A DNA stretch of 64,000 bases, taken from positions 33,313,967 through 33,377,966 of the forward strand of contig CM120640.1 of NCBI GenBank assembly GCA_051362555.1. The letters are read 5' to 3'. Source of the stretch: Lingula anatina. Taxonomy: Eukaryota > Animalia > Brachiopoda. Made by a program: the position numbers and the translations under genes. Below the pieces are notes generated by a model that was not told where the DNA came from, searched no databases, and was given only the letters and a program-made list of their open reading frames with translations. Below, piece after piece: positions 23,508 to 36,371 of the stretch. Every line of letters begins with the position of its first letter. Position 1 is the stretch's first letter.

Positions 23508-26500
23508 ATGGCGGGGGAGCAAAAGAGTAATAGCAACACCGGCTTAGTGTATTGTATTGCATGTAAAACTATGGGCATTTTGACTGTGATATGTGTACTG
23601 AGTCTCATAACGCATACTCAAGCTGTGGATCCAATAGACATATGTGGTGCTGATGGATACGATATTACGAATTTAACCAGGTGAGATGCAAGGACCTATG
23701 ACTTGTGCAAACTTTTAAATCACGTGCATTATTTGAGAACACGGTCATGTGACCGAGGTGCTAGCACCAAACTTTAATGTTATATCCGTTATGTCACCCA
23801 TTTTCCTACATAAAGTCAGTGATGTTGACGCTTACACTTTTACTGGGTATGCATACCATCCATTCCTAATATCTAATTTAGGCCTACCAATGTCAAATGA
23901 TGTCAACTCGCACTTTATCTTTAAAAATGTCAGGTCGTCATGTTACCCCATTCAGGCCGTATAGCACTGTGTGTAGGTTGGGGAGGAAAGCGGCTTATCC
24001 TGAGCACACTAGTCACTGACAAGTCTTCTTTAGTCGACGGCTTCCTTATGAGAGCATTCCTTTTTCACATTCATATACTCTCCGTGTTAGAGCTACCGTC
24101 AGTGCTTTTGTACACGAGCGGAAAACCCGGAAGTCACTTAGGACGAAATGGTTGACAACAATTTTCACTGAGTCAAATATACATATTTCCAAACAACATG
24201 CGTGCTGTGCTTGCACTGATCCAATACACGTGACATTATTTGCTTGTTCGCTGGTAACATTGTGTCAGCAGTGTCTCAGGCTACTTCATAGACCATTTCA
24301 AGTCCTACCATTGCTACATACATGTATAGTCGACCTCTCTCGGGTTAAATGCCTTATTTATATATACAGTTTATATATATAAGCCTAAAAAGGGCACTTA
24401 CAAGATGGGCATGGAATAAATAAAAATGGGTTGGGTATTTCACGGCGTAACTGTGCCAGGAGTCGCACATGTATTTGACTTTAACGTTGCTTTTTCTATT
24501 TATCATCCCTGTGTCTAAAGAAGGCAAATCGTAAGTTACATTATTGTACTGCTACTATTGTTGCCGCTGCCTTTTTTGAGCAATTGAGCGAAGATGGTGC
24601 AAAGAATCTATGGCAAAGCATTCTCGATATATTTTAAGTGCTGGTGTTTTTTTCCTAATTACAGTGCTGACTACTGGGAGTTCTCTACAGATCAAAAGTG
24701 TCTTCATTTAGGAAACACCACCACTTCAAATTGTACGTTTTTTATGGCGTTTTGTAAGGCTTTGCAAACAGGAGGAGCCAATTGTACCCACGCAGGCGTC
24801 TGCCAGATGGACGATGACAACCCAGAAAATGTTTATAGAATAGGTGGATACCGGCAAAATCCTTTTGTGGAACAAGGTTAGAAAACATTCTCACTAGTTC
24901 TCATATACATGTAAGACTATATCTGTTCATAGCGCATTTATTCAGTTACTTTGGGCACCGAGCGTTAGGCACGGTTGGGAATCTCGATTCACATTTTCAT
25001 TTTATTCTTTTGCAGATACGAATGGTTTTTTCGCTGGATTTCCGAACGGACAGTCCTTCACAACTTCTTTTGGAAAACCGTGCAATCTTTCCATTTTAAT
25101 TGAGTTTAAATGCAACCAGAATGCACTGTGGAGGGCAAATATTGATACTTCTACTGTAAATCCCTCTGAGGCTCCGAATCCAACGAAGTTAGTGTACCAC
25201 CCAACTTCTTGTGCTGTAAGTAGCATATTCGTCTATTACCTTTTATTATGTCGTGTCTCATGTTTCGGACCAGCTGAAAACAATAGGGGCAAGACGCCAT
25301 AGTTTACATATTTCCTTCTTTTTTAATTTTTTGAAATTTCATTTATTTATTTTGCAGGAAAATAAGATTGATTCGCTGTTATCAATATAAAATAATCTAT
25401 GTGTAATCCGCTTATCGTTAAGTGGCCGTGTACATTGCTGTTGTCTACTTTATTTCAGTATCAGCTAACTTTTGACTATGCAGGTGCATGTCAGAAAATT
25501 AGCCCAGCCACAATGGTAACTTCTTTAAGTGCGGGTACAGTGCTAATCATCATGTGAGTAGACAGAGCAATTCATTTAATTATTAACTATCAGCCATACC
25601 AATCTATACAAAAGCTTGTACTTTATTTGAGGGCATTATATATAACTTAGGTTAGTCAGTAATCAGATGGTAGTGTCATCCACAATTTAAAGAACACTGG
25701 AAACTCGCAGTGTTACGTCACACACCAAATAATAGTAAATAATCACGTATTAACTCCTTTTTTTTCCTATTTTTCTTTTTCTTTCAGATTTTTTGTCTCA
25801 TTGTTTGTTTACTTCCTGTTCGGCAGTCTAGCGAACGCGTGTGTGTTTGAGCAGACAGGAGCTCATATAATTCCCAACTACGATTTCTGGATCATGTTAC
25901 CCACCTATATTGTCGTAAGTCACCTTTCTGATGTCAACTTTGAAGTAAAAAGTAAAAATGTTGTTTTGGATGCAAATATACCTTTTATTTTGGGCCATAA
26001 AACGGATTTTGATTGTGTTTTTTCGACCCCCTCCTCCCAGCTTCATCTTGGTTATTCATTTCAAGTTTTCTAACTGATAGATTTTGATTGCCCCGATTCA
26101 TTACTTTAAGCCCTGTGCTTGGTCCCCATTTTTTAATTTGTCTTTTCAAAACTAATCAATTAAAATCATATAGACACGGTATATTATGGTCAAGTGATGA
26201 ATAGAAATCAGAAAAAGTTTTCATTTTATTTTGATATCTCAGCTGTTTTACTGAAATCAGAATGTATAAATCCTCCGTGCCTTTAAAGTGATAAATATCG
26301 AAGTTGGAGATCAGGCACAGGCCGCAAAGTGGGTCTGCCTTTCGTTCAGTCAAAACTAGGACCCGCCAAAACACTTGAAAATGATCTGTGAAATTCTCTC
26401 TATTGCATCTCTTAAAATAAATTCTTTAAAAGGTTAAACTTTGAAATAATTTTAATGTTTTTTTTTTTTCAAATAAAAAGAACCTATCAAAATCATTTAC

Positions 26501-26796
26501 ATGATGATTATAAAACAGCGGAATGATAGGCCGCAAAGCCTTTAGTTTGGTTCAGTGGTTTGAATGTCAAAAAAGATGAGAACTGGATTTGACAGTTCTG
26601 TAAAATAGTCATTATCGGCTATGGGAACACTCGCTTTCAATTAAAATAAATTTTAAAAATATTTTGAAAATAATTTATTGTGTTAAAAATATATTAACTG
26701 CGAATTTCTATTGTGTTCTAGGATGGGTTTACATTTACATTCAGCTGCATGTGTTGTAGAGAGACGAATCCGTCCCATTACGAGGATATCGAATGA
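23508..26796 (+). CDS. Cation-dependent mannose-6-phosphate receptor / ATG27-like single-MRH type I membrane protein (6 exons)
   Basis: In-phase GT-AG exons 23508 (or 23571)-23680, 24665-24876, 25016-25215, 25459-25553, 25788-25914, 26722-26796. Signal peptide, Cys-rich luminal domain (GVCQ, IEFKC, SCAYQLTFDYAGAC), TM segment (SAGTVLIIIFFVSLFVYFLFG), hallmark tail IPNYDFWIMLPTYIVDGFTF, and C-terminal YEDI sorting motif. Confidence 0.85.
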
Positions 26797-28393
26797 AACG
26801 ATAAAAAGCGTGTTCAGTGTATATTCAAGAATTCATCAAATTTCTTGTTTGGTACCTATTGTGATAAGACATTACAGTTATTCAAGTCTTGTTTTTTTAT
26901 GGAAGAGAAGTTGTAGAAAAATCACATTATCAATATGATACTCTCCCTGACATACGTATTGTTAGGGCTTTTAGTGCAGTGAATGATTTCTTATTCAAGT
27001 AGAGTAATATTTAACTAATATTAGTTTTCAATAACCTATATTTCAACAAAAAGTGCAATATTTATAATAACACAATCACAGTGCCTTCGATAAAGGTTTC
27101 TTCGAATCAGTCCATTTTGTTGAGCAAAACCAAATTTGAACTATGGTTGATAGAGATCAGTTTCATCATGTAATTGCATAAATTTACTACATATACAGGA
27201 GTATTTAGTTCATTGTGAAATAAAACATTTTATAAACTTTCGATAAGTGGTTATTTTCTTTGGATGTCAGAAATAACGGGACTTCACCATTTTCATCTGT
27301 GTGGATGATGAAAGTTATTAGGTTGAAAATACTTCTTTATTTGTCAATGGCCTTACTTTAAGTGCATTAATGTTTTAAAATATTTTATTAAAAAAAAAAA
27401 AAAACGGTTCTTTGTTGTTCCTTGAAAATACAACGTATTGCAAAATTGTACACTTTACTAACAAATAATATGATTTCGGTACCGTTTTGAATAAAAAATT
27501 AAAATTATTAAGTGAATTATAATCATTTAATAATTATTAAGAATACTTCAAAAATTATTATTATTATTATTAAATAAGAATGAATAAATTACATTTCACA
27601 ATGAATTAAGAGGCACTTAAACAAGAGGCAAGGAGAAGGATTTTTCATGAGGGGTTTGAAATACTTTCATTGCTCAATTAGCCTGTCTTATGTCACTACT
27701 AGGCGACTAGCCCGTGGTGACGCTGCAGTTGACTACCAACCATCTTCTAACAATATGAATTAGCTACCAGTTTAATAATAGCTTCAAGGCCCTGAATCAT
27801 TTGTTTCTGTGCGTTGTCAATAAAGAAAAAAAAACAGACACTAAAAATGTCCAATCTATGTAAATAAACCTGGTAATTTGAAATAGGGTAAAGCAGTTAT
27901 TTACAGGAATGCAGAGGGTGTGTATGGAAAGTAATGGCACTGGTGTCACAGGCAGTTCATTTAAAATCCCAAACAACAAACTACATGGTTTCTCTACCCA
28001 AATTAGCCCTTTTGAGTCTAAGGCCCCATTCCCATAGACAACATCGGTCCAAGTAGGTCGATCCAACTCCGCGGAGTTGGTCGTTTTGAATTATAGTAAA
28101 TTGTTTGTGGCCCCAGCTCCGTTACTTTTCAGGCACAACGTGCATGCTCTCTGTAGGAGCTTTCTACGCGACTGCTATTCCTTTCACCCGTGGATGTCCA
28201 TTTCTAGACACCCTTGGAAGTACACTTGAGGAGGTTCCTCGTCTTTCACTCAGTTAGAACGTTTATGATACAAAACACAAAGTATACATTAAGACATTGA
28301 AACACAAGTCATCGACAGCTAGAAAACATTTACACGTCTGTAGTTTGGGACAACTTCTGAATCATGTTCCGAAAATCAGATTTTCTTGGTTTC

Positions 28394-29262
28394 TCATTCT
28401 TCATATGCTTCATTCACTGTCCCTCTATCCGAAGTCACAGGTGTGTCGGTGACGGTATCATTTTTCCACCGCAAACTTCCAGTCACCTTTTCATCGACAA
28501 TTGCGTCAGGACGAACACATTTCCATAATCTGTAGATCGCAACCACAACCAAGAGCTCTACAACCAGCACCAGACCGTACAGAAGCGACACGTTGACCGT
28601 CGTGGCTCTCTCCGTGGGGTCATGGAATGCCGTCGCGATGAGACTGATGCACAGGGGCACATTCTGGAACCCCATCTCCAGCGCAATTGTTTTCCGTTCG
28701 CTCTGCGTCCGGCGGCAAACGAAGGCCACAAAGAACCCCTGGGCCACGCCGATATTGCACAACAAGATGCACGCTAGCCACACCTCCCAAACCGATGCGA
28801 ACATATCAGAGTAGAGGAATATGTTCAAGGCGATGCTAAATACAATAGCTAAGAGCGCGGGTACAGTACCTGCCTGAAAGTAAATTTATGGGTTTTGTCA
28901 GAAAATTTATTTACAAATTGTCAAGGGTTCGCAGATGTCTATTTCAATTGGCTCTTCAATATTTAATGCACGTTTTAGTACTTTTTACACCTACATTTAC
29001 TTTCATGACCGCTTACTATGCAATGTGCAATGGGATTCAACTTTTGCCTTTTGCTCTTTGTAAAACCGGTTAAACAAAAACAAACAAAAAAAAAATTAAA
29101 AGTCAACTGATCAAACGAAAGTCTCCCTCTAGCTATAGACCTAGAATGAAAAAGTTGATTGAATGACAGAATTTCATGCAATTTTCTGAAGACGAGGAGC
29201 CTCGTTCCCCTAATCACGTGCACTGATAATTAAAACGCTAAATAAGTTCTGGTGAATATTTC

Positions 29263-29298
<36 letters not shown>

Positions 29299-30096
29299 TA
29301 CCTTTACCAGATTTTTGGCTAACTTTTCCTTCTTGTATCTGATGACCATTCCTAGAGCTGCAGGGATCAATATTAATACTAATGAGATAGTAATGTTCAC
29401 GTAAGGTATTGCAGTTATTTCTTGCTCCCAGAACCGACTGTATATAAACAGATTTAGCGGCATGGTACCAAACGCCAAAGTCGTTGAAACTGTTGTAATA
29501 AATACACTGAAATTGAAAGGCATTCTTTAAATAATGCTTCACGTCGAAAAAAATTTTACTTTTTACGAAGATCTCTCCTCCAGCAAATGTTATAAAACGA
29601 AGTCCAATTAAAATTTGACGTCGCTCAACATTCAATTACAAAAATAAATTACGGGGCAACTTAAATAAGATAAATCATAGAACACACTGTGTAGTACTAA
29701 TGGTAGGCTAACGGTTGACTTGAAACAAAAAATTTCATAAAATTACCTTAGAGAAACGTCGCCGCCAACCCAGTAGGTGAAAATATTAGAAAATGTCCCG
29801 CCAGGTGCAGCCGCAATGATAAGAAGACCAAGTGACTGGTACGGTTCAAGCTGAAGTGCGTGGGCAAGCCAAAACGCTGTCAACGGCATCAGGACAAACT
29901 GACAGACGGCGCCAATAGCTGGGCTGACCGGTTTTTTAATGTGTTTTTTCAGATCTTCCAACACCACGCCGCATCCCATTCCAAACATCATCAAAAACAT
30001 CAAGATATTCATGATGTATGGATTGGCTGCGTTCAAAATGCCAACAGCATGTTTGGCCGTTTGCTGGCTGTGGTTGTCACCGCTTGTATTCCACAT
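28394..30096 (-). CDS. SLC10 (sodium/bile acid cotransporter family) paralog A, 3 exons, ~344 aa
   Basis: Exons 29747-30096, 29302-29506, 28394-28873 splice in frame. Motifs MFGMGC, QFVLMPL, PGGTFSNIFTYWVGGDVSLS, GTMPLNLFIY, TIALEMGFQN. Confidence 0.92.
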
Positions 30097-31236
30097 CGCG
30101 TTGCGGGAAGTCACCGAAAATTTGGTCACTCGAGAGAAAGTACAAGATCTTATTTACCACAAAGTAAGCTGTCCTCTTGCTGTCAACCCTCTATACGTCA
30201 CAGCAGTCTTGATGGAAGTCACCGAAGAATATACAATGACCTTCGATGCTAAATAACTTTGGTGACCATGGTTATCATATAAGACGTATGTATTCCAATT
30301 CCAAAATTACGACGACTAAAAGCCGGTGCCCTTGTCCCATGGTCACCTGTTGGATTCTATTCTCAAAATGTTGGTGCATTTAATAATACTACTTTCATAT
30401 TCAGACGAAGATCATTCTAAAATTAAGTACAATGCTTACGTTTTTCCAGTTTACAACGCTCTTTAGTAAGAAAAGTGTGAGGAGTAACACATCTAAAGTC
30501 AATAGGTTTTATTCATAGGTTTCACTTATATGTTATTCAGTTATTCTTCTCTGTGGTCGCAAGTCTTTATAACAAAAATGTGAGCACATTAACCACGCAG
30601 AGCGTCACAGTAGTAGTCTTGAATTCAAATATGTCGTCAACATGTATGTTTACAGTTATACGTAGTTAAGTCATGATCAGCGGACACTTGGAAAGAATAA
30701 GCAAAGGGAAAAAAAACCGGGGCTAGATAAAACATCTAAACTTAAGTACGAGAAAGGTATTGTTAATGTTTTTTAATAAACCTACTAACTTTATTTGAGC
30801 ACTTTCGTGTAAAAGCAAAAGTACATATAGCAGAAAGCAATGACAACGTTCTTTCTGTTGGTAAAATAATAAAGGTTTACTTTAAATTCAATTTTTGAAA
30901 TATCTTTAGAGTTCTATCTGCCCAACATGTTTCCATATAAAGAGGACATTTGTTCACTCTTAGCACAACACATAACACTTAACACAAACCGTTAAATTGA
31001 TATAGGAGTTTGCTAGAGACGAATAGCACATTTATCATTCTGACAGTATAAATTATTTTCATTTTACAATTATTATAATACTCATACAAGTTGTACTCAT
31101 ATAAGTTTTTTTTTGGGCATTATAATTGCCTTTTGTACACAAGTCATCGGGAACAAAACAATAGACATAGATTGGTATTTATTTTCACAATTCGAAATTG
31201 CCAACATAAGGTATTTACCTCCTGTGCTGTCCCTAA

Positions 31237-31271
<35 letters not shown>

Positions 31272-31379
31272 GTGGGTGAAAACAGCGAAAAGGGGTTTGT
31301 ACAGCTCACACGCGTGATATATGGCCTACTGTAAATCACTGAACGCCAGAGGACGGGCCATCTGTATGCCGTGTGTTCA

Positions 31380-31475
31380 GTTTGACGTGTCTGATCTACT
31401 TACGAATGACCCTCACGTAGGCCTTCATAAAGGCCTACGTGAGGGCCATTCGTCAGTAGGTAAGACACGTCAAAC
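31380..31475. repeat. Long imperfect palindrome (46-bp arms, 4-nt loop)
   Basis: 31380-31425 is the reverse complement of 31430-31475 with 4 mismatches. Confidence 0.85.
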
Positions 31476-31831
31476 AAAAGAGACACTTTACTTATAATGC
31501 AATAAATCAATTATTTAACCCAGTTACGCTTCTGCCAGACAATGGTGATATTAAAAATAACAGATATGAAACACCATGTCACATGTTCATACATACATGG
31601 ACATACCACCATTTTTTTTGTGAGCATTTGTTTTAAATAAAACCATGATATTAAAAACAACTTTTCATCCTATCATGAACTATCAATTTTAGCACAAATG
31701 TCAATTTAAAACAATTAAACTTATACAATTACTACAACTTTTGTTACTTTCACATACAAAAGCAAAAGCAATTGTTTAAACCCAAGTCGCTCTCTGTTAT
31801 GTGTGAGTGTTAACCATCTAACTATTTCAGT

Positions 31832-33787
31832 CTAAATATCAATATCTATTCCTCTGAAAGCTTTAAGCGCACCTTTAAAGATCCAATTAAGAAGATTTGA
31901 ATCAGTGCCCATGATCATTCGCTTATGCCATTCTGCGTTTGGCAGACATTCCAAGACTACAGGGTGGTCAGCAGCAGTCAATACACTGAATTTCCACGTT
32001 TGGTATTCCTCGCGTGTGAGCGCTGTGGGGTCATTCTTTTCAAAGAGTGCAAGCAAATTCTCCAAAGTCGACTTCACGTCCACATGCTTTTCAGTTCTGA
32101 AGTTTATGTATGTGAGGATCCACACCACAATGCTGGCTTCTAGGGAATGTTTTACCATATATTTAACCATCACTGCCAACAGGAACTCCCTCGTGTGTTG
32201 GTGCTGACATGATTTGTTCATCCTTAAGTTTTCCATGTCACACACTGCCAGCTGAAGACACTCAGTCAGGTTATTTAGGGCTATGTGATACAGTCCTTGG
32301 TCTTGGATCCAATCTCCTGCAGTTTCCGAAGCTCCTTCTTCTGGTTCTTGCAGATTCAAGGTGTTTCGACCTTTTTCTGCGTTATCCTTGTTTTTAAAAC
32401 CATCCGGTTTATGAGCTTGGCCTGCCTTGATTTTACCAAGCCAAAGCCTGATCTCGCGAATATAATCGTCCGCTAAGGAGTTTAAGGTTGAAATCAGAAT
32501 TTGCTGAAAAGATGTCGTTGGTTGACGACTTTGTAGGGATTGAATAAAAAGAAGCATAGGGCTTCTGGCATTATAGAGGTCAATGAACTGGACTTTAAGA
32601 CCTAAAGTGGCCAGTACCTCAAACATATTATTTCTTGATTTTTTGATGGAACGGGCAAGTTGCCGGAGATGTGCTTTGGGCACGCGAGCGAAAAGATTGC
32701 CCTCTGGCACAAAATAATGCGGTAGATATCCCCGAACAAGACAACCCAACATTTCATCAAGAAATGTAACTAATATTTGATATATATTTGCTCCGGTCCA
32801 GTGCCCACGCGGAATTTTTTCACATAGCCAGAAAAATACATTTTTCAAATGATAGGAACTGAGAGCAGTGCTAGGGAATTCTTCAAGGACGCAATGACGC
32901 TGAATAAGCTTCATAATAATGTACACTTTCCTCTGCAACAAAGTTAACGAGTTCGCCAAAAGTCTTTCCTGGGCAGTGAATGAATAGCGCCATTCTAGAC
33001 CCTGGAGTCCCCCCGGACCAACGGGAACTATGTAGCATCCAGCTGAAACACATTGGTGGACCAAACCTTTATCTGGCCAGCCGCTTTTTCGGTGTCTGTG
33101 TACCCAGGCTTCTGCTGGCCACAGGTCATGACGGTAGGCTATGACGTTGTCGCGATTCAATTGTGCCTGGTATGCAAAGCCAGGAATGTCAATCACGGAT
33201 GTAGCAGCTGGTCCATGTATGTCTGTCATTTGTGTATGTCGAGATAGTAATTCAGGATTCATAACTTTTGCGGCGGAAGTCGCGTTTTCCATTGCGGTAT
33301 CCGTCACTGCCCGAGTTGGTAAATAGTCAGTCCGTGATATAGTGTAACCTTCTTCCCTTGCGAGTTTGACGAAGTCTTTCGTAAGACGAAGTCGTATATA
33401 GAGTGGGTTACTGGTAGGCTCTGTATCAAAAATTCTACTCTTGGAAACACCATTTTTGCTAACAAAGAGATTGGCAACAACAGCCATATCATCTATGTCA
33501 GACATCTCGTAGGATGATTTATGAGTCAAACCGTGTGCAGAACCTGCAGTTGATACAACAATGTGCTCCGGGACTGACAACCCATCCAAGCGACTTCCAG
33601 AACTTACTTGAGATTGATTTTGTGTCACAGGGACTGAGAGTTTTTCTACAAATGCTTTGGCCATGTTTGTTGTTGAACGCTCGCGGACTCTGTGTTTCAC
33701 ATTTTCGTTCTCTACCACTGGCATTGGTAGAAAATATTTCAAAATTATTTCATAAAAAGTTCTCGATTCTTTATCTTGTTCCATCAT
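31832..33787 (-). CDS. cGAS-like receptor (cGLR; Mab-21/MB21D nucleotidyltransferase) paralog 1, ~651 aa, single coding exon
   Basis: GS motif (SSGSRLDG), DxD (SDIDDM), HGPA, third Asp (NRDNV), WP..W..R.RKSGWP, GCYIVPVG, LEWRYSF, SSYHLKNVFFWLCE, LPHYFVPEGNL. Splice acceptor at 33806-33807 lies just before the MM start. Confidence 0.9.
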   Translation of the reverse strand: MMEQDKESRTFYEIILKYFLPMPVVENENVKHRVRERSTTNMAKAFVEKLSVPVTQNQSQVSSGSRLDGLSVPEHIVVSTAGSAHGLTHKSSYEMSDIDDMAVVANLFVSKNGVSKSRIFDTEPTSNPLYIRLRLTKDFVKLAREEGYTISRTDYLPTRAVTDTAMENATSAAKVMNPELLSRHTQMTDIHGPAATSVIDIPGFAYQAQLNRDNVIAYRHDLWPAEAWVHRHRKSGWPDKGLVHQCVSAGCYIVPVGPGGLQGLEWRYSFTAQERLLANSLTLLQRKVYIIMKLIQRHCVLEEFPSTALSSYHLKNVFFWLCEKIPRGHWTGANIYQILVTFLDEMLGCLVRGYLPHYFVPEGNLFARVPKAHLRQLARSIKKSRNNMFEVLATLGLKVQFIDLYNARSPMLLFIQSLQSRQPTTSFQQILISTLNSLADDYIREIRLWLGKIKAGQAHKPDGFKNKDNAEKGRNTLNLQEPEEGASETAGDWIQDQGLYHIALNNLTECLQLAVCDMENLRMNKSCQHQHTREFLLAVMVKYMVKHSLEASIVVWILTYINFRTEKHVDVKSTLENLLALFEKNDPTALTREEYQTWKFSVLTAADHPVVLECLPNAEWHKRMIMGTDSNLLNWIFKGALKAFRGIDIDI

Positions 33788-34566
33788 CTTCAACTCTTTT
33801 CTTTTCTGTAAAAAAAAAATATGTGAACATTTTATCATGAGACAAAACATGTTGCTTTTTACGCGAACTATACGTTTTTAGTAAAATAAGAGTTGTTAAT
33901 CAAAACCCCTTGAAATATTGCCACCAGAGATCTTCATTATTTAAACTTCTTAGATTACATTTTCAATGGACTCCATCATAAAAATGTATTTCGGTCTCAC
34001 AAAGTGAAAGTAACTAAGATTAAAATTATATATCAATACATTGCATTAGATTACATAATGGTTTATCTATGTCGTGGCATAATTCATTTAAACCACCGTT
34101 ATATTCTAAAACACGTCACGAGAGGTATGTCCAACGTAATGTTGGTGCGCGTCACTTTGAAGTTGATTTATGAATCCATTGCACAATGGCACTAACACAT
34201 ACATACACACACACACAATTAACTTATGAAGTATACTGTTGAAGGCATGTGATTAGCTATTCCAAAACAGGTAACTCCTTATTCAGAAGTATCTTAATTC
34301 AAAACTCATCTTCAGCAATCTTTTCACAGTACTAGTACGTCTCTCGAAAGACGTGTGGGCTCATTTCCTTGTTCGCTACTGTTCCACATGCACACCGGAT
34401 GGTAACTTATTACATGAACCTAGAGCAACATCAATGGGGCGAAAACTTAATATAGAAGTTCATTTTACCCATTATTACTAATGGTTGTTCTTTGACAGAT
34501 GACAAGCGTGTACATACCAACCCAGTTTCGCGTCACATAGGAACCACAGCTTTGTAGAATGCTTAC

Positions 34567-34720
34567 TCCTTCCTCCCTCTCAGGTCCAAAAAAGCGCCTT
34601 AAAGTACATGTATACGGTTAATGGCATGTGCACCGCATTACTCACTGCATATCTCGTGACATGTTATTTCAGCAGTTGAATCATCGCTTTTAACATGTCA
34701 ATGTTACTGTTTCGATCCAA
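34567..34720 (-). other. Probable non-coding first exon of cGLR-1 (homologues start at 39688 for cGLR-2 and 59589 for cGLR-3)
   Basis: Conserved block ending in a GTAAG/GTGAG donor upstream of all three paralogs. In-frame stops make it UTR. The 5' end is not defined. Confidence 0.5.
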
Positions 34721-36116
34721 ATACAACCTCGTTTTCGTATCTCGGGGTAAGCGTTAACACTAATTTAGCTAACTGATCGAGCTACAGAAGAAATAGAGGC
34801 TAAATGTGTATAAGGAAAAAGATTGAATAAATACGTAAACATGAATAAGTTGCTGTTTCTCAGTAAAAAACGGGATGAAAACAGCAAAATGGCGGTTTGT
34901 ATAGATCACTAGTACAACTATATGCGACATGCTTGATAAATGGCTTTGTACAGTAAACCACTGAGTGTCGGTGTGACGAAACTGGAGGTCCGTGTAACAG
35001 AAAGTCCGCCTTCTTTTTAGTTATTATGGTTAGGATTAGCCTGACCTAAGTGGGTCAAAATTTAGAGCGAGGCTTACCTGTACAAATGAATGGGAAGCTG
35101 GATCTCTACCATGGGGGACTCTCTGTCACAATACACCGGTGCACGTTTTATTAAGGCCTACGTGAGGGTCAGTCGCGAGGAGAGAAAACATAACCTAAAG
35201 CTGACATCAGGAAACCATAAAGGTTGTAATGTAAATAAATTGAAGAGCATTTTGGCAGAAAAATTTTATGTACGCCTTACATTTCACTATGAATTGCTGC
35301 AACTATACATATATTGCTGGGTTCACTACAAATTAATTTTCCTACAAAAATTTTATCGGTGATAATGTTTGATAAAATGTATGTATGATAATTATAAAAC
35401 ACAAGCAGAAATATTTTAATACCGTCGGCTTAGGGACAATGAACATTTTTGCTCACTTTATGGGTGATTTTATGATGCGTTTGGACCGGGTTATTAGGTC
35501 CAAATGCCGCTTGAAATCACGAAGGTTAGATTAATTCAAACCATAATTCCAGTCTACAATTATTGGATTTATTTGGAACTTGAGTGGACCCGTTTTGATC
35601 TAAAAGTTAAGTCTGGGCTAAAGTTCTTTTGTTAAACTGGCTCCAGGACCTACTTTCTACCAAATACACTTTAACCTGTTGCACCAGCTATTTTGTGACT
35701 TCTAGAAGGACCTCTGGCAGAGGGTACCCGGGATTCAATTATATTTTAATTAAAAGATGATTTAATTAAAATACATTATAACGAAAGTAAGCTGCTGCAT
35801 TATTTACATATTAAACATGTGAACATTTCTGAGTAAAAAAAGAAACCCATTTTGTTCATGGTTAGCATTACTTTTATTTACCAAATCATGCTTTGGAAAT
35901 CTTAGAGGAATAAATGGCAAAAAAATGTGAATATTCGCGCGGCGGCAAAACATTATGCAGTATGTGTAATATATTGGTAGCGGGTGGTGAATGTGTTTAA
36001 GGTATAATAATCATGAATAATTTACATAAGATTATCGTCAGTCGGTATACGTGCTGCGCGTGATAACATTTCTGCCTAATAACGATGGTGATTTTAAACA
36101 TTACAGATATGGAAAA

Positions 36117-36152
<36 letters not shown>

Positions 36153-36371
36153 TGCATCAATCTTCGTCAGCACATAAATGAAATCAAAATGTTACTAATA
36201 GCTTAGCAAATTAATAAATAAAGTTAATGAACTAGTATTTTTGAGCACAAATGACAATTTAAAACAAATTTACTGATTCAACATACAACTTTCGTTACTT
36301 ACGCATACAAAACTAATTGTTTCAATCTAAGCCCCTCTTTGTCATGTATACATGAGTGTAAGCCATCTATA

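Noticed and set aside
29860-33840. Antisense ORFs over SLC10-A and cGLR-1, and most 60-100 aa ORFs in the track
   Set aside because: Shadow frames of real genes or random ORFs with no motifs or splice support.
33788-33850. Longer N-termini given by the ORF track for cGLR-1, cGLR-3 (53835), LicD (22293) and SLC10 exons
   Set aside because: These extensions run through polypyrimidine tracts and AG acceptors, so they are intron sequence. cGLR-2 has a TAG immediately before the MM start.
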